Positions 10,044 through 20,507 are shown, numbered from the stretch's first letter. The stretch: 64,000 bases of DNA from an uncultured delta proteobacterium (GCA_963793865.1 CAWCBP010000008.1:448001-512000); one strand, 5' to 3'. Made by a program: numbers and translations. Notes: generated by a model from the letters alone, not told the origin.

Positions 10044-10332
10044 AACCTTCCTGTTTGTTAAGATATACTGCCCGGGGAAGAATGCTGGATAAACGTGTTT
10101 TCCCTGTGCATGTCCTATATGCTCATGACTGAATGAGCTCGCACTGTCGGGTCCTGTCGCAATGCAGTAAGGACCGTGCCGGAGAGTCGGATATGCAGTC
10201 CCTTCTGAACACGTACTGTTTCAGGAAGGCTCTCCCGCAGCGGCAGCCGTTGAAGGGAGGTGATGCTTGGAACGGCAGGTTGGATGGGACCGGAAGGTTT
10301 GATCAACACAAAACATGAAAGGGGAACGTTAT

Positions 10333-10830
10333 ATGGACAAGCTGCTGATCTATGATCAAGAGAAATGTACCGGATGCAGGAGCTGCGTCGTGGGTTGTTC
10401 CTTGTATCATGAGGGAGAGTGCAGCAAGCTGCTTTCACGCATCAACGTCGTTCGTAACGAGCGCTTTGGTGAAAGTTTCGTTGCTGGCTGTGACCTCTGC
10501 ACGGATCCGCCCTGCGCTGCCGTGTGCCCCACCGGGGCGTGCGCGCTCGATCCCAAAATGGGGATCTCCAAGATCGATGCCAATAAGTGTATCGGCTGCA
10601 AAGAATGTTTGATTCACTGCCCGTTCGGGGCCATCAGCATCCACCCGATTACCAGAAAATCATTCAAGTGCGATCTGTGTGAAGGCCGTACCGACGGACC
10701 GGTATGTGCCGACTGGTGTCCCAGCGGTGCCATTACCTGGATGAGCCCTGAAATAGCAGCTAAAGCCAAGAAGCGGCACAAATTGCAGGAAAGAATTAAT
10801 GCCGCCACAATGGCAAAGGAGGTGAGTTAA
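10333..10830 (+). CDS. 4Fe-4S dicluster protein (AOR small subunit)
   Basis: four Cys cluster motifs CTGCRSC, CDLC..PPC..CP, CIGCKEC..CP, KCDLC..C..CP. Confidence 0.92.
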   Translation: MDKLLIYDQEKCTGCRSCVVGCSLYHEGECSKLLSRINVVRNERFGESFVAGCDLCTDPPCAAVCPTGACALDPKMGISKIDANKCIGCKECLIHCPFGAISIHPITRKSFKCDLCEGRTDGPVCADWCPSGAITWMSPEIAAKAKKRHKLQERINAATMAKEVS

Positions 10831-10831
10831 T

Positions 10832-12796
10832 ATGTACGGATGGGCCGGACAAAGACTAAGAATTGATCTCAGCAAAGGTGATATCATTAAAGAACCCCTG
10901 TCGCTGGAATATCGCAGGAAATGGATCGGCGGACGCGGTTTTAATTCGGATATTATCTACAATGAAGTGCCGCCGGATATGGATCCCTTCGATCCGCGGG
11001 CACGCCTGTGTATTGGCGTTGGTCCGCTCAATGGTACTGCGGCTCCCTCAACCGGGCGCGTCACGGTTAGCTGCAAGTCACCCTTAACCGGCGGTTTCGG
11101 AGACTCAAGCATGGGCGGTCACTGGGGCGCCGAGCTCAAGTATGCCGGGTATGACCAGATAATCCTGCAAGGCAGGGCAAAAAAGCCGGTTTATATCTGG
11201 ATTGACGATGACAAGGTTGAAATACGTGACGCGGCACACCTCTGGGGCAAATTTCCCCGCGATGCGGATACCATGATCAAACAGGAAGTGAAAGACGAGG
11301 ATATCCATATTCTCCAAATCGGACCCGCCGGAGAAAACCTGGTCCGTTTTGCCTGCACCTTCAATGATGTGTGGAGGGCTGCGGGAAGGACCGGTCACGG
11401 GGCGGTCATCGGCTCCAAAAACCTTAAGGCTATTGCCACCAGGGGTTCCGGCAGTGTTAAGATTGCACGGCCCAAGGAGTTTTTCGAGATCTGCAATCGC
11501 CTGAGGCAGGCGTTTAAAAACGACCCCATGAAGATGGGCCTCTACGAATATGGCAGCCTGTGCCTGATTAATATCGCCAACCGGGACGGATGGCTGCCCT
11601 GGAAAAATCTGCAGTACGGCGGCACGCCGCTGGCCAATAACATGTCAGGTGAAACGCACGCCAAAACCGTGCTCAAACACCGGGAAGGCTGCTATGCCTG
11701 CCCCATCTGCTGCGGGCGCTTTACCTCCATCAAGGAAGGGCGCTGGGCGGGCGAGGAGTTCGGCGGTCCTGAATACGAGCACGCGGTTCCGACCGGTCCC
11801 CGGGTCGGCATTATCGAGGATGCCAATGACATCTGGCATAATGCGAGACTTACCAATGACCTGGGCATGGACGGCATCGAAACCGGTGGCGTGATTTCCG
11901 TTGCCATGGAGTGGTACCAGCGCGGTCTGATTACCGCCAAGGATACGGGAGGACTGGAGCTTGAGTGGGGTGACGAGAAGGTGGTGGACCAGCTCATTCA
12001 GGATATAGCCTACCGGAGAGGTTTCGGCGATATCCTGGCCGAGGGCGGCGACCGGGCCTCTGATAAACTGGGCCTGGGCGATAAAGGTCACTACTATACC
12101 ATTACCACCAGGGGCATGACGCTTCCCGGTGATGATCCCCGCGGATTGGGTTTCGGCTACGGGCTTTCCTTTGCCGTTGGCACCCGCGGCGGATGCGATC
12201 ACCTCAGGTCGCTGTGCTGCCTGGAACTCTCGGGAGCCCTCTATCCCGGCCTGAACACCAAGCTCCTCGGTGATGAGAGACCGGCAAAACCGGTGACCAC
12301 GGTAGGCAAGCCGTACATGGTGTATTATGAAGAGAACCAGAAGACCGTGACCGACTGTCTGAACGTGTGCTGTTTCACCACCCACTGGTGCTATACCGTG
12401 TTAACCCAGGATCAGCTGGACTACTTCAACGCCTGCACCGGTATGGACATGTCCATAGAGGAGTTCCTTGAGGTTGGAGAGCGGGTGTATAATCTTGAAA
12501 GGGCCTACTGGGCTCGCCAGATGTCGGGCGCCCGGGAGGATGTGGTTCCTGAACGCTTTACCAAGGAGCCCATGCCCCAGCACGTTGACTATCAGACCAA
12601 TGTGGGTGCCACCCTTCCCATTAATGAGATGCTTCCCAAGTACTACAAGTACCGGGATTATGAGCCGGGAACGGGATTCCCCAGCGAGAGGAAGCTCAAG
12701 CAGCTTGGTCTCGATTACGTGGCTGAAGACATACGTCCCCTGCGGAAGAGATACATGAGTGAATCGGAGCAGAAGAAAAAGAAGTATTATTATTAA
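10832..12796 (+). CDS. aldehyde:ferredoxin oxidoreductase family protein (likely tungsten-containing)
   Basis: KSPLTG, GGHWGAELKYAGYD, IGPAGEN, GAVIGSKNLKA, CYACPICC, GPEYE, RGGCDH. Confidence 0.93.
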   Translation: MYGWAGQRLRIDLSKGDIIKEPLSLEYRRKWIGGRGFNSDIIYNEVPPDMDPFDPRARLCIGVGPLNGTAAPSTGRVTVSCKSPLTGGFGDSSMGGHWGAELKYAGYDQIILQGRAKKPVYIWIDDDKVEIRDAAHLWGKFPRDADTMIKQEVKDEDIHILQIGPAGENLVRFACTFNDVWRAAGRTGHGAVIGSKNLKAIATRGSGSVKIARPKEFFEICNRLRQAFKNDPMKMGLYEYGSLCLINIANRDGWLPWKNLQYGGTPLANNMSGETHAKTVLKHREGCYACPICCGRFTSIKEGRWAGEEFGGPEYEHAVPTGPRVGIIEDANDIWHNARLTNDLGMDGIETGGVISVAMEWYQRGLITAKDTGGLELEWGDEKVVDQLIQDIAYRRGFGDILAEGGDRASDKLGLGDKGHYYTITTRGMTLPGDDPRGLGFGYGLSFAVGTRGGCDHLRSLCCLELSGALYPGLNTKLLGDERPAKPVTTVGKPYMVYYEENQKTVTDCLNVCCFTTHWCYTVLTQDQLDYFNACTGMDMSIEEFLEVGERVYNLERAYWARQMSGAREDVVPERFTKEPMPQHVDYQTNVGATLPINEMLPKYYKYRDYEPGTGFPSERKLKQLGLDYVAEDIRPLRKRYMSESEQKKKKYYY

Positions 12797-12819
12797 TTCA
12801 AGGAAAAGGAGTGACGGCT

Positions 12820-13062
12820 ATGGCAGTGATGACGAAACAGCAGGCAAAACAATTTGCTGAGATGGACGACTTCTTCCTTGATCTTCTCAACCTGCTCAAA
12901 GACAAAGGGATTATTGACAATCAGGAGCGAAAGGTCCTGTTGCTGACAGGATTTGAGAAACTGGTTCAAGCGTTGGAGAAGAAGAAAGTCATCTCACGCC
13001 AGGATTCCAAGGAGGCCATGGCGAAAGGATTTACCTCGCTGGTCTATGCCCTGGCAGATTGA
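12820..13062 (+). CDS. small hypothetical protein
   Basis: AGGAG RBS; helical ORF with an internal repeat (LKDKGII / LEKKKVI); followed by a terminator. Confidence 0.65.
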   Translation: MAVMTKQQAKQFAEMDDFFLDLLNLLKDKGIIDNQERKVLLLTGFEKLVQALEKKKVISRQDSKEAMAKGFTSLVYALAD

Positions 13063-13086
13063 GATGTGACGTGATGTCCGTTCATC

Positions 13087-13123
13087 AAGGTGCCTTCCAC
13101 CTGTGTGGGAGGCACCTTTTTTT
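13087..13123 (+). terminator. intrinsic terminator
   Basis: AAGGTGCCTTCCAC-CTGT-GTGGGAGGCACCTT followed by a T run. Confidence 0.8.
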
Positions 13124-13276
13124 GCGAAGGGATGCGGCATGTAATTATTTTTGACTTTTACCGGCTGATATGATAGATACCGTCTCGGTTTTGCGCAGGA
13201 AAGGAAGGTACGCCTGCAGTAAGATCGCCATTCATAACCGGCCATCTTTTTTTTAAGCCCTGCAAAGGAACTGAGC

Positions 13277-13759
13277 ATGAAGAAGATGTTGCTGTTTCAT
13301 CCCGAAAAATGCACCGGGTGCAATACCTGTGAGCTGGCATGTTCCCTGGTGCAGACCGGCGTGTGCAATCCCCGCAGTTCCCGGCGAAGGAACGTTCATT
13401 TTGAAGAAACCGTCCTGGATGTTCCCATGCAGTGTCAGCAGTGTGAAGACGCCGCCTGCATGAATACCTGCCCCGCGCAGGCTATTGTTCTCGACGAGGC
13501 CACCGGGGCAAAGATCCTCAACGAGAAAAAGTGCATCGGCTGCCGGATGTGCATGATCGCCTGCCCCTTCGGGGCAATCTCCCTGGACCCCTTGACCAAA
13601 ATGGTGGTCAAATGCGACCTCTGTTCGGGAGACCCCGCCTGTGCCCAATGGTGCCCGACAGGCGCGATTGAGTATGTCACCCCGCGCTCCTATGATCTCA
13701 TCAGGCAGCGGGCGCGGCTCGATGCGATGGAGAAGAAGGGTATACTGGGAGGTAGATGA
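13277..13759 (+). CDS. 4Fe-4S dicluster protein (second AOR small subunit)
   Basis: CTGCNTC, CQQC..C..CP, CIGCRMC..CP, KCDLC..C..CP. Confidence 0.92.
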   Translation: MKKMLLFHPEKCTGCNTCELACSLVQTGVCNPRSSRRRNVHFEETVLDVPMQCQQCEDAACMNTCPAQAIVLDEATGAKILNEKKCIGCRMCMIACPFGAISLDPLTKMVVKCDLCSGDPACAQWCPTGAIEYVTPRSYDLIRQRARLDAMEKKGILGGR

Positions 13760-13760
13760 T

Positions 13761-15792
13761 ATGCATGGCTTCACCGGAAGGCTTTTGAGGATCGACCTCA
13801 CGAAAGGAAGCTGCACGGCCGACGACCTTGGTTCGTATTTCAAGGACTATCTGGGAGGAAGGGCCCTCAATCACATGCTGCTTTTCCGCAGCGCCGACGT
13901 CGCAACCGTTGCTCCTTTCGAACCTGCCAACCCCCTGGTGCTGGGGGCGGGACCGCTCTGCGGAACGACCTGGCCCTGCTCGGCGCGGCTTCAGGCAACC
14001 TTTATTTCACCCCTCGCATACAGCGGCTGGGGTGATTCCAATGTGGGGGGCGGGGTGGGCCCCGAGCTCAGGCATGCCGGCTGGGATGCGGTGGTGATTA
14101 CCGGCAGGGCCGCACAACCGGTCTACATTCATATTGAGGATGACCGGATCGAGTTAAAGCCCGCCCGGGACATCTGGGGCAAGGGCGCGAACGAATCCAT
14201 CGGCCGGTTGCTTGCGAGACACAGCGGCGCCCAGGTTCTGGTGATCGGACCCGCGGGTGAAAAGCTGGTGCGCTTTGCAAGCGTGAGGACCAATCGTGCC
14301 AGCAGCCTGGGAAGATGCGGGGGCGGGGCGGTGATGGGTTCAAAAAATCTCAAGGGGCTGGTAATCCAGGGAAGCAGGGGTGTCGCCGTCCATGACCCGA
14401 AAAACTTTCTTGCGCTGTCGTTGCAGTGCCGGAACGACCTCATGGACCCCCGCTTCGGCCCGCTGCACAGCCGGAGCTATCAGATCATGTCACATGTCCG
14501 GCACGCCGGGATTCATCAGATGGTTCGGGCAAATGGGCATGACCCCCATGAAAAACTGGACCCGCTGCGGTATCTGGCAGGATGACCGGGATCTCACCGA
14601 AATCACCGGAAGCGCGGCGAGGGAACGGCAGGATGCCTGCTCGGCCTGCCCGGTGCATTGTCTTGGCGCATACCGCCCCCAGGACCCTTCTGGTTCCTTG
14701 AGCGGCGGGCCGGGTTATGATGCGGTTGTATCCCTGGGACATAATTGCCTTGAACCCCGGGGAAAGATGGTGGTCGCACTTAATTCCCTCTGCAACGATC
14801 TTGGTCTTGACCCGGTGGAAGCGGGAAATATCTTTTCCAATCTGATGGAATGGTATGAAAAGGGAATCGTCGATGAGTCCTTTACCGATGGCGTGCCCAT
14901 GCAGTGGGGCAACGGCGAAGGCATGATGGAGCTCCTGCCCAAAATTGCCATGAGAAAAGGCTGCGGGGAACGCCTGGCGGAGGGATCCTACCGGGTGGGC
15001 AAGACACTGGGAACCGAGGCGCTGAACTGCGTGTACCACCAGAAAGGGATGTGTTCTTCCGGCATCGAGACCCGTCCCGCGGTGGGCGCCATGCTTTCCA
15101 TGGCACTTTCACCCCGGGGGGCGCACCCGCTGTCCGGGCTGCCCACGGCGGAATGGATGGGGAGCCCCGCGGTGGCCGGGAAGATAACCGGATTCAAGGA
15201 GGCGGCGGACCCCCTTTCCTATCATCCCGAAGCCAAGGCGCGGCTGGTGGAGTTTTACGAGAACTTCTTTGAGCTGTCTGATGCCCTGGGCATCTGTAAA
15301 TATTCCTTTGGGCACTATGGTTATTGGCACGACCGGCCGCAGGACATGGAACGGATGTGGCAGTATGTAACCAAGGCGCTCCACTACGCAACCGGGATGA
15401 GGTTTACCAGGGATGAGTTGCTTGCCATCGGGGAGCGGGCGTATCAAATCGAACGGGCGGTCATTGTGCTGAGAGGCATCACCCGCGAAGATGACCTGCC
15501 CAACTGGAAGTGTCTCAACCAGGGGTGCGTTCGTGAAGATGCGGTTGCGTCACCGCCGGTCCCGCCCGTCAACCGGGAGAAATATGAAAAAGTCCTCGAC
15601 AGGTATTACCGCCTGAGAGGGTGGAACAAGGAGGGCGTTCCCGCCTTAAAGCGGCTGCAGGAACTGGGGCTGCGGGAAGTTGCCGATGCGCTGAAAACAA
15701 AGGGAACCGGTGTCCGGGCGGGGAAGAAGAGAGCGGCGGCAGGAACCCGCCGGTCCGGCGCACGAACCATCACCCGCAAGAAAAAGAGATAG
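13761..15792 (+). CDS. second AOR-family protein (one frameshift near 14490)
   Basis: MHGFTGRLLRIDL, GGGVGPELRHAGWD, IGPAGEK, GAVMGSKNLKG in ORF 13641; CSACPVHC, DALGICK, YYRLRGW in ORF 14380. Confidence 0.88.
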
Positions 15793-15823
15793 GCACTGAA
15801 CTTTCTTACTATCGGAGCGGCAG

Positions 15824-16285
15824 ATGAGCACCACCATTGACAAGATATTGGCTGAGTATAAGGGCAAGCCCGGTGAAATCATTTCCGTGCTTGAAAAAAT
15901 CCAGGAGGTCTATGGCTATCTGCCCCAGGATGCGCTGCAGGAGGTGAGCGAAAAGATGAAAGTCCATCTGGCGCAGCTGTTCAGCATGGCCACGTTTTAT
16001 TCGGCTTTTTCCCTGAAGCCGCGCGGCAAGCACACCCTGCATGTATGCCTGGGTACCGCCTGCCATGTGCGCGGGGGATCGCGGATACTCAAGGGGCTTT
16101 CCCAGATGCTGGGCATCAAGGTTGGTGATACCACCGAAGACAAGAATTTTACCCTGGAAACGCTTCGCTGTGTCGGCTGCTGCAGTCTGGCGCCGGTGGT
16201 GAGAGTGGGGGCCAATGATGTTTACGGGTACAGCACCGTGGATAAGGTGCGGGGTATTGTCGAGAAGTACAAGGAGGAAGGATGA
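15824..16285 (+). CDS. NuoE/HydC-like 2Fe-2S subunit
   Basis: ATFYSAF, VCLGTACHVRG, RCVGCCSLAP. Confidence 0.93.
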   Translation: MSTTIDKILAEYKGKPGEIISVLEKIQEVYGYLPQDALQEVSEKMKVHLAQLFSMATFYSAFSLKPRGKHTLHVCLGTACHVRGGSRILKGLSQMLGIKVGDTTEDKNFTLETLRCVGCCSLAPVVRVGANDVYGYSTVDKVRGIVEKYKEEG

Positions 16286-19200
16286 AGGGTGCGAGCACGA
16301 CCGCGTTGCAGAAGATCAAGCGTAAGGCGCTGAAAGGGCTTTTCCCTTCCCGGCCGAGAATTGCGGTGGGCCTGGGGAGCTGCGGAATCGCCGCCGGTGC
16401 GGATGCCGTGTATGCCGCGTTCCAGCAGCAGGTAAAAAAGAAGAAGCTCGATGCCCTGGTTACTAAAACAGGATGTCTGGGCTTTTGCGGGGAGGAGCCG
16501 CTGGTTAATGTATTCCTGCCCCGCCGTCCGCTGGTGGTGTTTAACCGGGTCACCGCGGATGATGTCCGCTCCATTGCCGCCGAGCTGTCACAGGGCAGAT
16601 TATACGAGAAGAAGATATTCTGCAAAATAGAGAAGGCGGATAATTTCATCCAGCCCGGGGGCATCGTGTTCGGCACCGGCTTTCCCCGGATTCCCCACTC
16701 ACACGAGATACCCTTCTACAGCAAGCAGAAGAAGATCGTGCTGCGGGAGAGCGGCCTGATCAACCCGGAAAGCATCGAGGAATACATCGGGGTGGGGGGA
16801 TACGCGACCGCCCTGAAGGTGCTCACCGGCATGACCCCCGACGCGGTGCTCAAGACGGTCGGCGACGCGGGTCTGCGCGGCAGGGGCGGGGCGGGTTTTC
16901 CCACCGCCACCAAGTGGGGCATCGCCCGCAATGTGAAGAGCGACAAGAAATATATCATCTGCAATGCCGACGAGGGTGATCCCGGCGCCTACATGAACCG
17001 CAACGAAATGGAGAGCGATCCCCACATGCTGCTGGAGGGGATGATCATCGGGGCTTTTGCCATCGGCGCTGATGAGGGGATCATCTACGCGCGCACCGAG
17101 TATCCCCTGGCCATCGAGCGCATCCAGACCGCCATTGATCAGGCGCGCAGCCATGGGCTTTTGGGAAAAAATATCGCTGACGGGTTCAGTTTCGATATTC
17201 ACATCGTCTGCGGCGCCGGCGCCTTTGTCTGCGGCGAGGAAACCGCCCTCATTGCCTCAATCGAAGGGCACTCCGGGCGGCCCCGTCCCCGGCCGCCGTT
17301 TCCGGCGGTGAGCGGGCTCAACGGGAAGCCGACCATCATCAACAATGTTGAGACCTGGTGCAATATCCCGGTGATTATGGCCAGGGGGGCGGCGTGGTTC
17401 AATGCCACCGGAACGGAGGACTGCAAGGGAACCAAGGTCTTCTCGCTGGTGGGGAAGGTCGCGCGGGTGGGCCTGGTTGAAGTCCCCATGGGGATCAGCT
17501 TAAAAGAGATCATCTATGAAATGGGCGGCGGCGGCATCAAGGATAAGCGCATCAAGGCGGTGCAAACCGGCGGCCCTTCCGGCGGCTGCATTCCCGCCTC
17601 CCTTTTTAACAACAAGGTCGATTATGAGAGCCTTAAAAAGATCGGCTCCATCATGGGATCCGGCGGCATGGTGGTGATGGACGAGGATTCCTGCATGGTG
17701 GACATCACCAAGTATTTCCTCTCCTTTACCCAGGAGGAATCCTGCGGCAAGTGCGTCCCCTGCCGGAGGGGTCTGGAGCAGATGCTGGTCATACTCGAGG
17801 AAATCACCAAGGGAAGAGGCGAGCTGCGGCACCTTACCGAGCTGGAAGAACTGGCAAAGGTCATTTCCACCGCCTCACTCTGCGGGCTGGGCCAGACGGC
17901 GCCTAATCCCGTGCTCACCGCCCTCCGCTACTTCCGGGACGAATATGAGGAGCACATCATCCAGAAGCGGTGCCGCGCCGGGGTATGCGACGCCCTCTTT
18001 CTGGCGCCCTGTGAAAACAAGTGCCCGCTGCACATGAACGCCCCGGGCTTTATTCAGCTGATGAAGGAAGAACGCCTGGAGGACGCCTACCGGCTTATCC
18101 TGGAAGACAATCCCCTGCCCGCGGTCTGCGGCAGGGTCTGCCACCATCCCTGCGAGGCAAAATGCCGGCGGGGTGAGGTTGATGACCCGGTTGCCATCAG
18201 GCAGATACGGCGCTTTATCTCGGACTATCGCTATGAGCACATCGCCGCGTCCCGGCTGAAGCCCAAAGCGGTATTTCCCGACACCAAAAAGAAGATTGCC
18301 ATCATCGGCGCCGGGCCGGCAGGCCTTACCGCCGCTTACTATCTTGCGCGCCTGGGCCACCGGGTGACCATTTTTGAGGCGCAGCCGGAAGCGGGGGGGA
18401 TGCTGCACTACGCCATACCCGAGTTCAGGCTTCCCAAGGCGGTTCTGCGGAGGGAAATCGACCAGATCCGTGACCTGGGGGTTGAGTTCAGGTACAACCA
18501 GCGGGTCGGGAAGGACATCACCCTCAAGGAGATTATGGCCGGGAAATTCAGCGCGCTCTATATTGCCACCGGCGCTCATGAAGACATGAAGCTGGACGTC
18601 CCCGGCGAGGAACTGCAGGGGGTCCATCCGGGCATGAAGTTTTTGCGGGATGTGGCCATGGGCAGGCCTCCGGTCATGGGCAAAGAGGTGGTGGTGGTGG
18701 GCGGCGGCAATGTGGCCATCGACTGCGCCCGGGTGCTGCTCCGCCTCGGCGCGAACGTCACCATCCTCTACCGCAGGGTCAAGGAGGAGATGCCCGCGCT
18801 CAAGGAAGAGATACATGAGGCGGAAATAGAAGGGGTGCAGTTCACGTTCCTGGGCGCGCCCCACGCGGTCAAGGGCACGGGCGGCAGGGTGAGCGGCATT
18901 GAGGTCATGCAGATGCGCATGGGAGCCTATGATATCGCCGGAAGAATCACACCCGAGCCCACGGGGAAAACCCGTCTGCTGAAGTGTGACGCAGTGGTTA
19001 CCGCAATCGGCGGACGGCCTGACACCGGGTTCTTAAAGAAGCTCAAGGTTAACATCGCCAGAAACGGAACGGTGGGAGTGGATACCTACACCTTTCAGAC
19101 CGCAGCCGACAGCGTTTACGCGGGCGGGGACGTGGTGACCGGCCCCAACACCGTGACCGATGCCATGGGGCACGGCAAAACCTTTGCCAGGATCATTGAT

Positions 19201-19434
19201 GCCCGTCTCATGGGGGAGGGCCGGTTTGATAAGCTCAAAAAGAGCATACCCTACTCCATGGAGGTTTCGGTGGAACCGCAGGGCGGCAAACGGCACACCG
19301 TTGAGTGTCGCACCTTCAGCGACTACAAAGGCAATGTTGAGGAAGTGTCACCTACCTATACGCGGGAACAGGCAGTGGCGGAGACGGTTCGATGCCTCCG
19401 GTGCGATGTTAAGGGAGAGGATGAAGAGGAATAA
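16282..19434 (+). CDS. NuoF/HydB-like FMN subunit fused to a GltD/NfnL-like FAD oxidoreductase
   Basis: GLRGRGGAGFP, CNADEGDPG, CGEETAL, ESCGKCVPC, SLCGLG; then CGRVCHHPCE, IGAGPAG, VGGGNVA, RCLRC. Confidence 0.92.
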   Translation: MKGASTTALQKIKRKALKGLFPSRPRIAVGLGSCGIAAGADAVYAAFQQQVKKKKLDALVTKTGCLGFCGEEPLVNVFLPRRPLVVFNRVTADDVRSIAAELSQGRLYEKKIFCKIEKADNFIQPGGIVFGTGFPRIPHSHEIPFYSKQKKIVLRESGLINPESIEEYIGVGGYATALKVLTGMTPDAVLKTVGDAGLRGRGGAGFPTATKWGIARNVKSDKKYIICNADEGDPGAYMNRNEMESDPHMLLEGMIIGAFAIGADEGIIYARTEYPLAIERIQTAIDQARSHGLLGKNIADGFSFDIHIVCGAGAFVCGEETALIASIEGHSGRPRPRPPFPAVSGLNGKPTIINNVETWCNIPVIMARGAAWFNATGTEDCKGTKVFSLVGKVARVGLVEVPMGISLKEIIYEMGGGGIKDKRIKAVQTGGPSGGCIPASLFNNKVDYESLKKIGSIMGSGGMVVMDEDSCMVDITKYFLSFTQEESCGKCVPCRRGLEQMLVILEEITKGRGELRHLTELEELAKVISTASLCGLGQTAPNPVLTALRYFRDEYEEHIIQKRCRAGVCDALFLAPCENKCPLHMNAPGFIQLMKEERLEDAYRLILEDNPLPAVCGRVCHHPCEAKCRRGEVDDPVAIRQIRRFISDYRYEHIAASRLKPKAVFPDTKKKIAIIGAGPAGLTAAYYLARLGHRVTIFEAQPEAGGMLHYAIPEFRLPKAVLRREIDQIRDLGVEFRYNQRVGKDITLKEIMAGKFSALYIATGAHEDMKLDVPGEELQGVHPGMKFLRDVAMGRPPVMGKEVVVVGGGNVAIDCARVLLRLGANVTILYRRVKEEMPALKEEIHEAEIEGVQFTFLGAPHAVKGTGGRVSGIEVMQMRMGAYDIAGRITPEPTGKTRLLKCDAVVTAIGGRPDTGFLKKLKVNIARNGTVGVDTYTFQTAADSVYAGGDVVTGPNTVTDAMGHGKTFARIIDARLMGEGRFDKLKKSIPYSMEVSVEPQGGKRHTVECRTFSDYKGNVEEVSPTYTREQAVAETVRCLRCDVKGEDEEE

Positions 19435-19477
19435 GCGAACACCGTCCTGCACGGGATTACAGGGAGAAGGAACTGCA

Positions 19478-20254
19478 ATGGTAACCATGGTTATTGACGG
19501 TACAACCTATCAGGCGGAAGCGAACCTGAACCTGCTTCAGTTCATGATCGATCACGGCATTGATGTTCCCTATCTCTGCCATCGCGAGGGGCTTACCCCT
19601 TACGGGGCCTGCAGGCTCTGCATGGTGCAGGTGGTGGCGGGAAGCAAACCGGGCATCACCACCTCGTGTACCCTGACCACCTCGGAGGGTTTGACGGTTG
19701 AAACCAAGACGCCCGAGGTGGTGCAGATCCGGAAGGTGCTGCTGGAACTTTATCTGGCTGAAGCACCGGGATCAAAAAAGATCCGGGAACTTGCCGCGCA
19801 CTACGGCGTGGACCGTACGCGGTTTGAGCGCATGGATCTCTCGGCCAAGGGGGACCGCTGTGTCCTCTGCGGATTATGCCTCCGGGTCTGCTCGGAGCTT
19901 CTGGATGTGGGCGCAATTCATTATTCCGGGCGCGGCAAGCACACCAGCGTCAATACCCCCTGGTATCAGCCGTCAGCCGTTTGCATCGGCTGCGGCGCCT
20001 GCGAGTATGTATGTCCCGCTGACGCCGTAGACATTATCGACCAGGGTGACGAGCGGGTTATGGAGACCTGGCACAAGACCCGATTAAAGCTGAAAGAGTG
20101 CGCGGAATCAATGAAGCGCTTTGCCACGGAGCGGGTGGTAGACAGGGTGTGCGACAAGAACCGGGAACTGCTCAAGGATCTCAAGGACCTAAGCCCGGAT
20201 GCCCGACGGCGGAAAAAGGCCTCCCAGTTCATTTTCGGCGCCAAGCGCGATTGA
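19478..20254 (+). CDS. NuoG N-terminal-like Fe-S subunit (2Fe-2S plus two 4Fe-4S)
   Basis: LCH..YGACRLC..SC; CVLCGLC..C; CIGCGAC..CP. Confidence 0.88.
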   Translation: MVTMVIDGTTYQAEANLNLLQFMIDHGIDVPYLCHREGLTPYGACRLCMVQVVAGSKPGITTSCTLTTSEGLTVETKTPEVVQIRKVLLELYLAEAPGSKKIRELAAHYGVDRTRFERMDLSAKGDRCVLCGLCLRVCSELLDVGAIHYSGRGKHTSVNTPWYQPSAVCIGCGACEYVCPADAVDIIDQGDERVMETWHKTRLKLKECAESMKRFATERVVDRVCDKNRELLKDLKDLSPDARRRKKASQFIFGAKRD

Positions 20255-20283
20255 GGCAAAGCGTGATTTGCGAATAGATTATA

Positions 20284-20409
20284 CCCCCTCACCCTAACCC
20301 TCTCCCCGCCGGGTAGAGGGAATCGACGGGTTTCATTCATTTCATAAAAGGAAGAGAGAATCAATTTATACCCCCTCGCCCCCTTGGGGGAGAGGGATGG
20401 GGTGAGGGG
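20284..20409. repeat. composite palindromic repeat CCCCTCACCC..CCCTCTCCCC / GGGGAGAGGG..GGGTGAGGGG
   Basis: two inverted arms, each with an internal hairpin. Confidence 0.75.
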
Positions 20410-20507
20410 AAATAACCCCATCGATTTTCATGCTTCGCGAAGCCCCGAAAGGTCGTGGGTATTTAAAACAGTTTCCCTGATGAATTTATTCGGATGGAGG
20501 AATGCGT

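Noticed and set aside
1234..13759. Additional selenoproteins by readthrough of terminal TGA codons (ThiF, MoaD, XdhC, ferredoxin)
   Set aside because: The TGAs fall after complete domains, not at conserved Cys positions, and no selD-like SECIS follows.
17875..18864. Long antisense ORFs (also 27785-28780, 6332-7195, 496-1218)
   Set aside because: Shadow frames of GC-rich genes with no recognisable motifs.
19160..19477. N-terminal extension of the NuoG-like ORF
   Set aside because: Overlaps the NuoF fusion; RBS and domain start fit ATG 19478.
10832..20254. Class II benzoyl-CoA reductase (BamB-I)
   Set aside because: AOR1 has the canonical GPEYE motif and no HdrA/MvhD-like BamD/E/F genes are present.
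15824..20254. Respiratory complex I or [FeFe]-hydrogenase
   Set aside because: No membrane Nuo subunits and no H-cluster domain.
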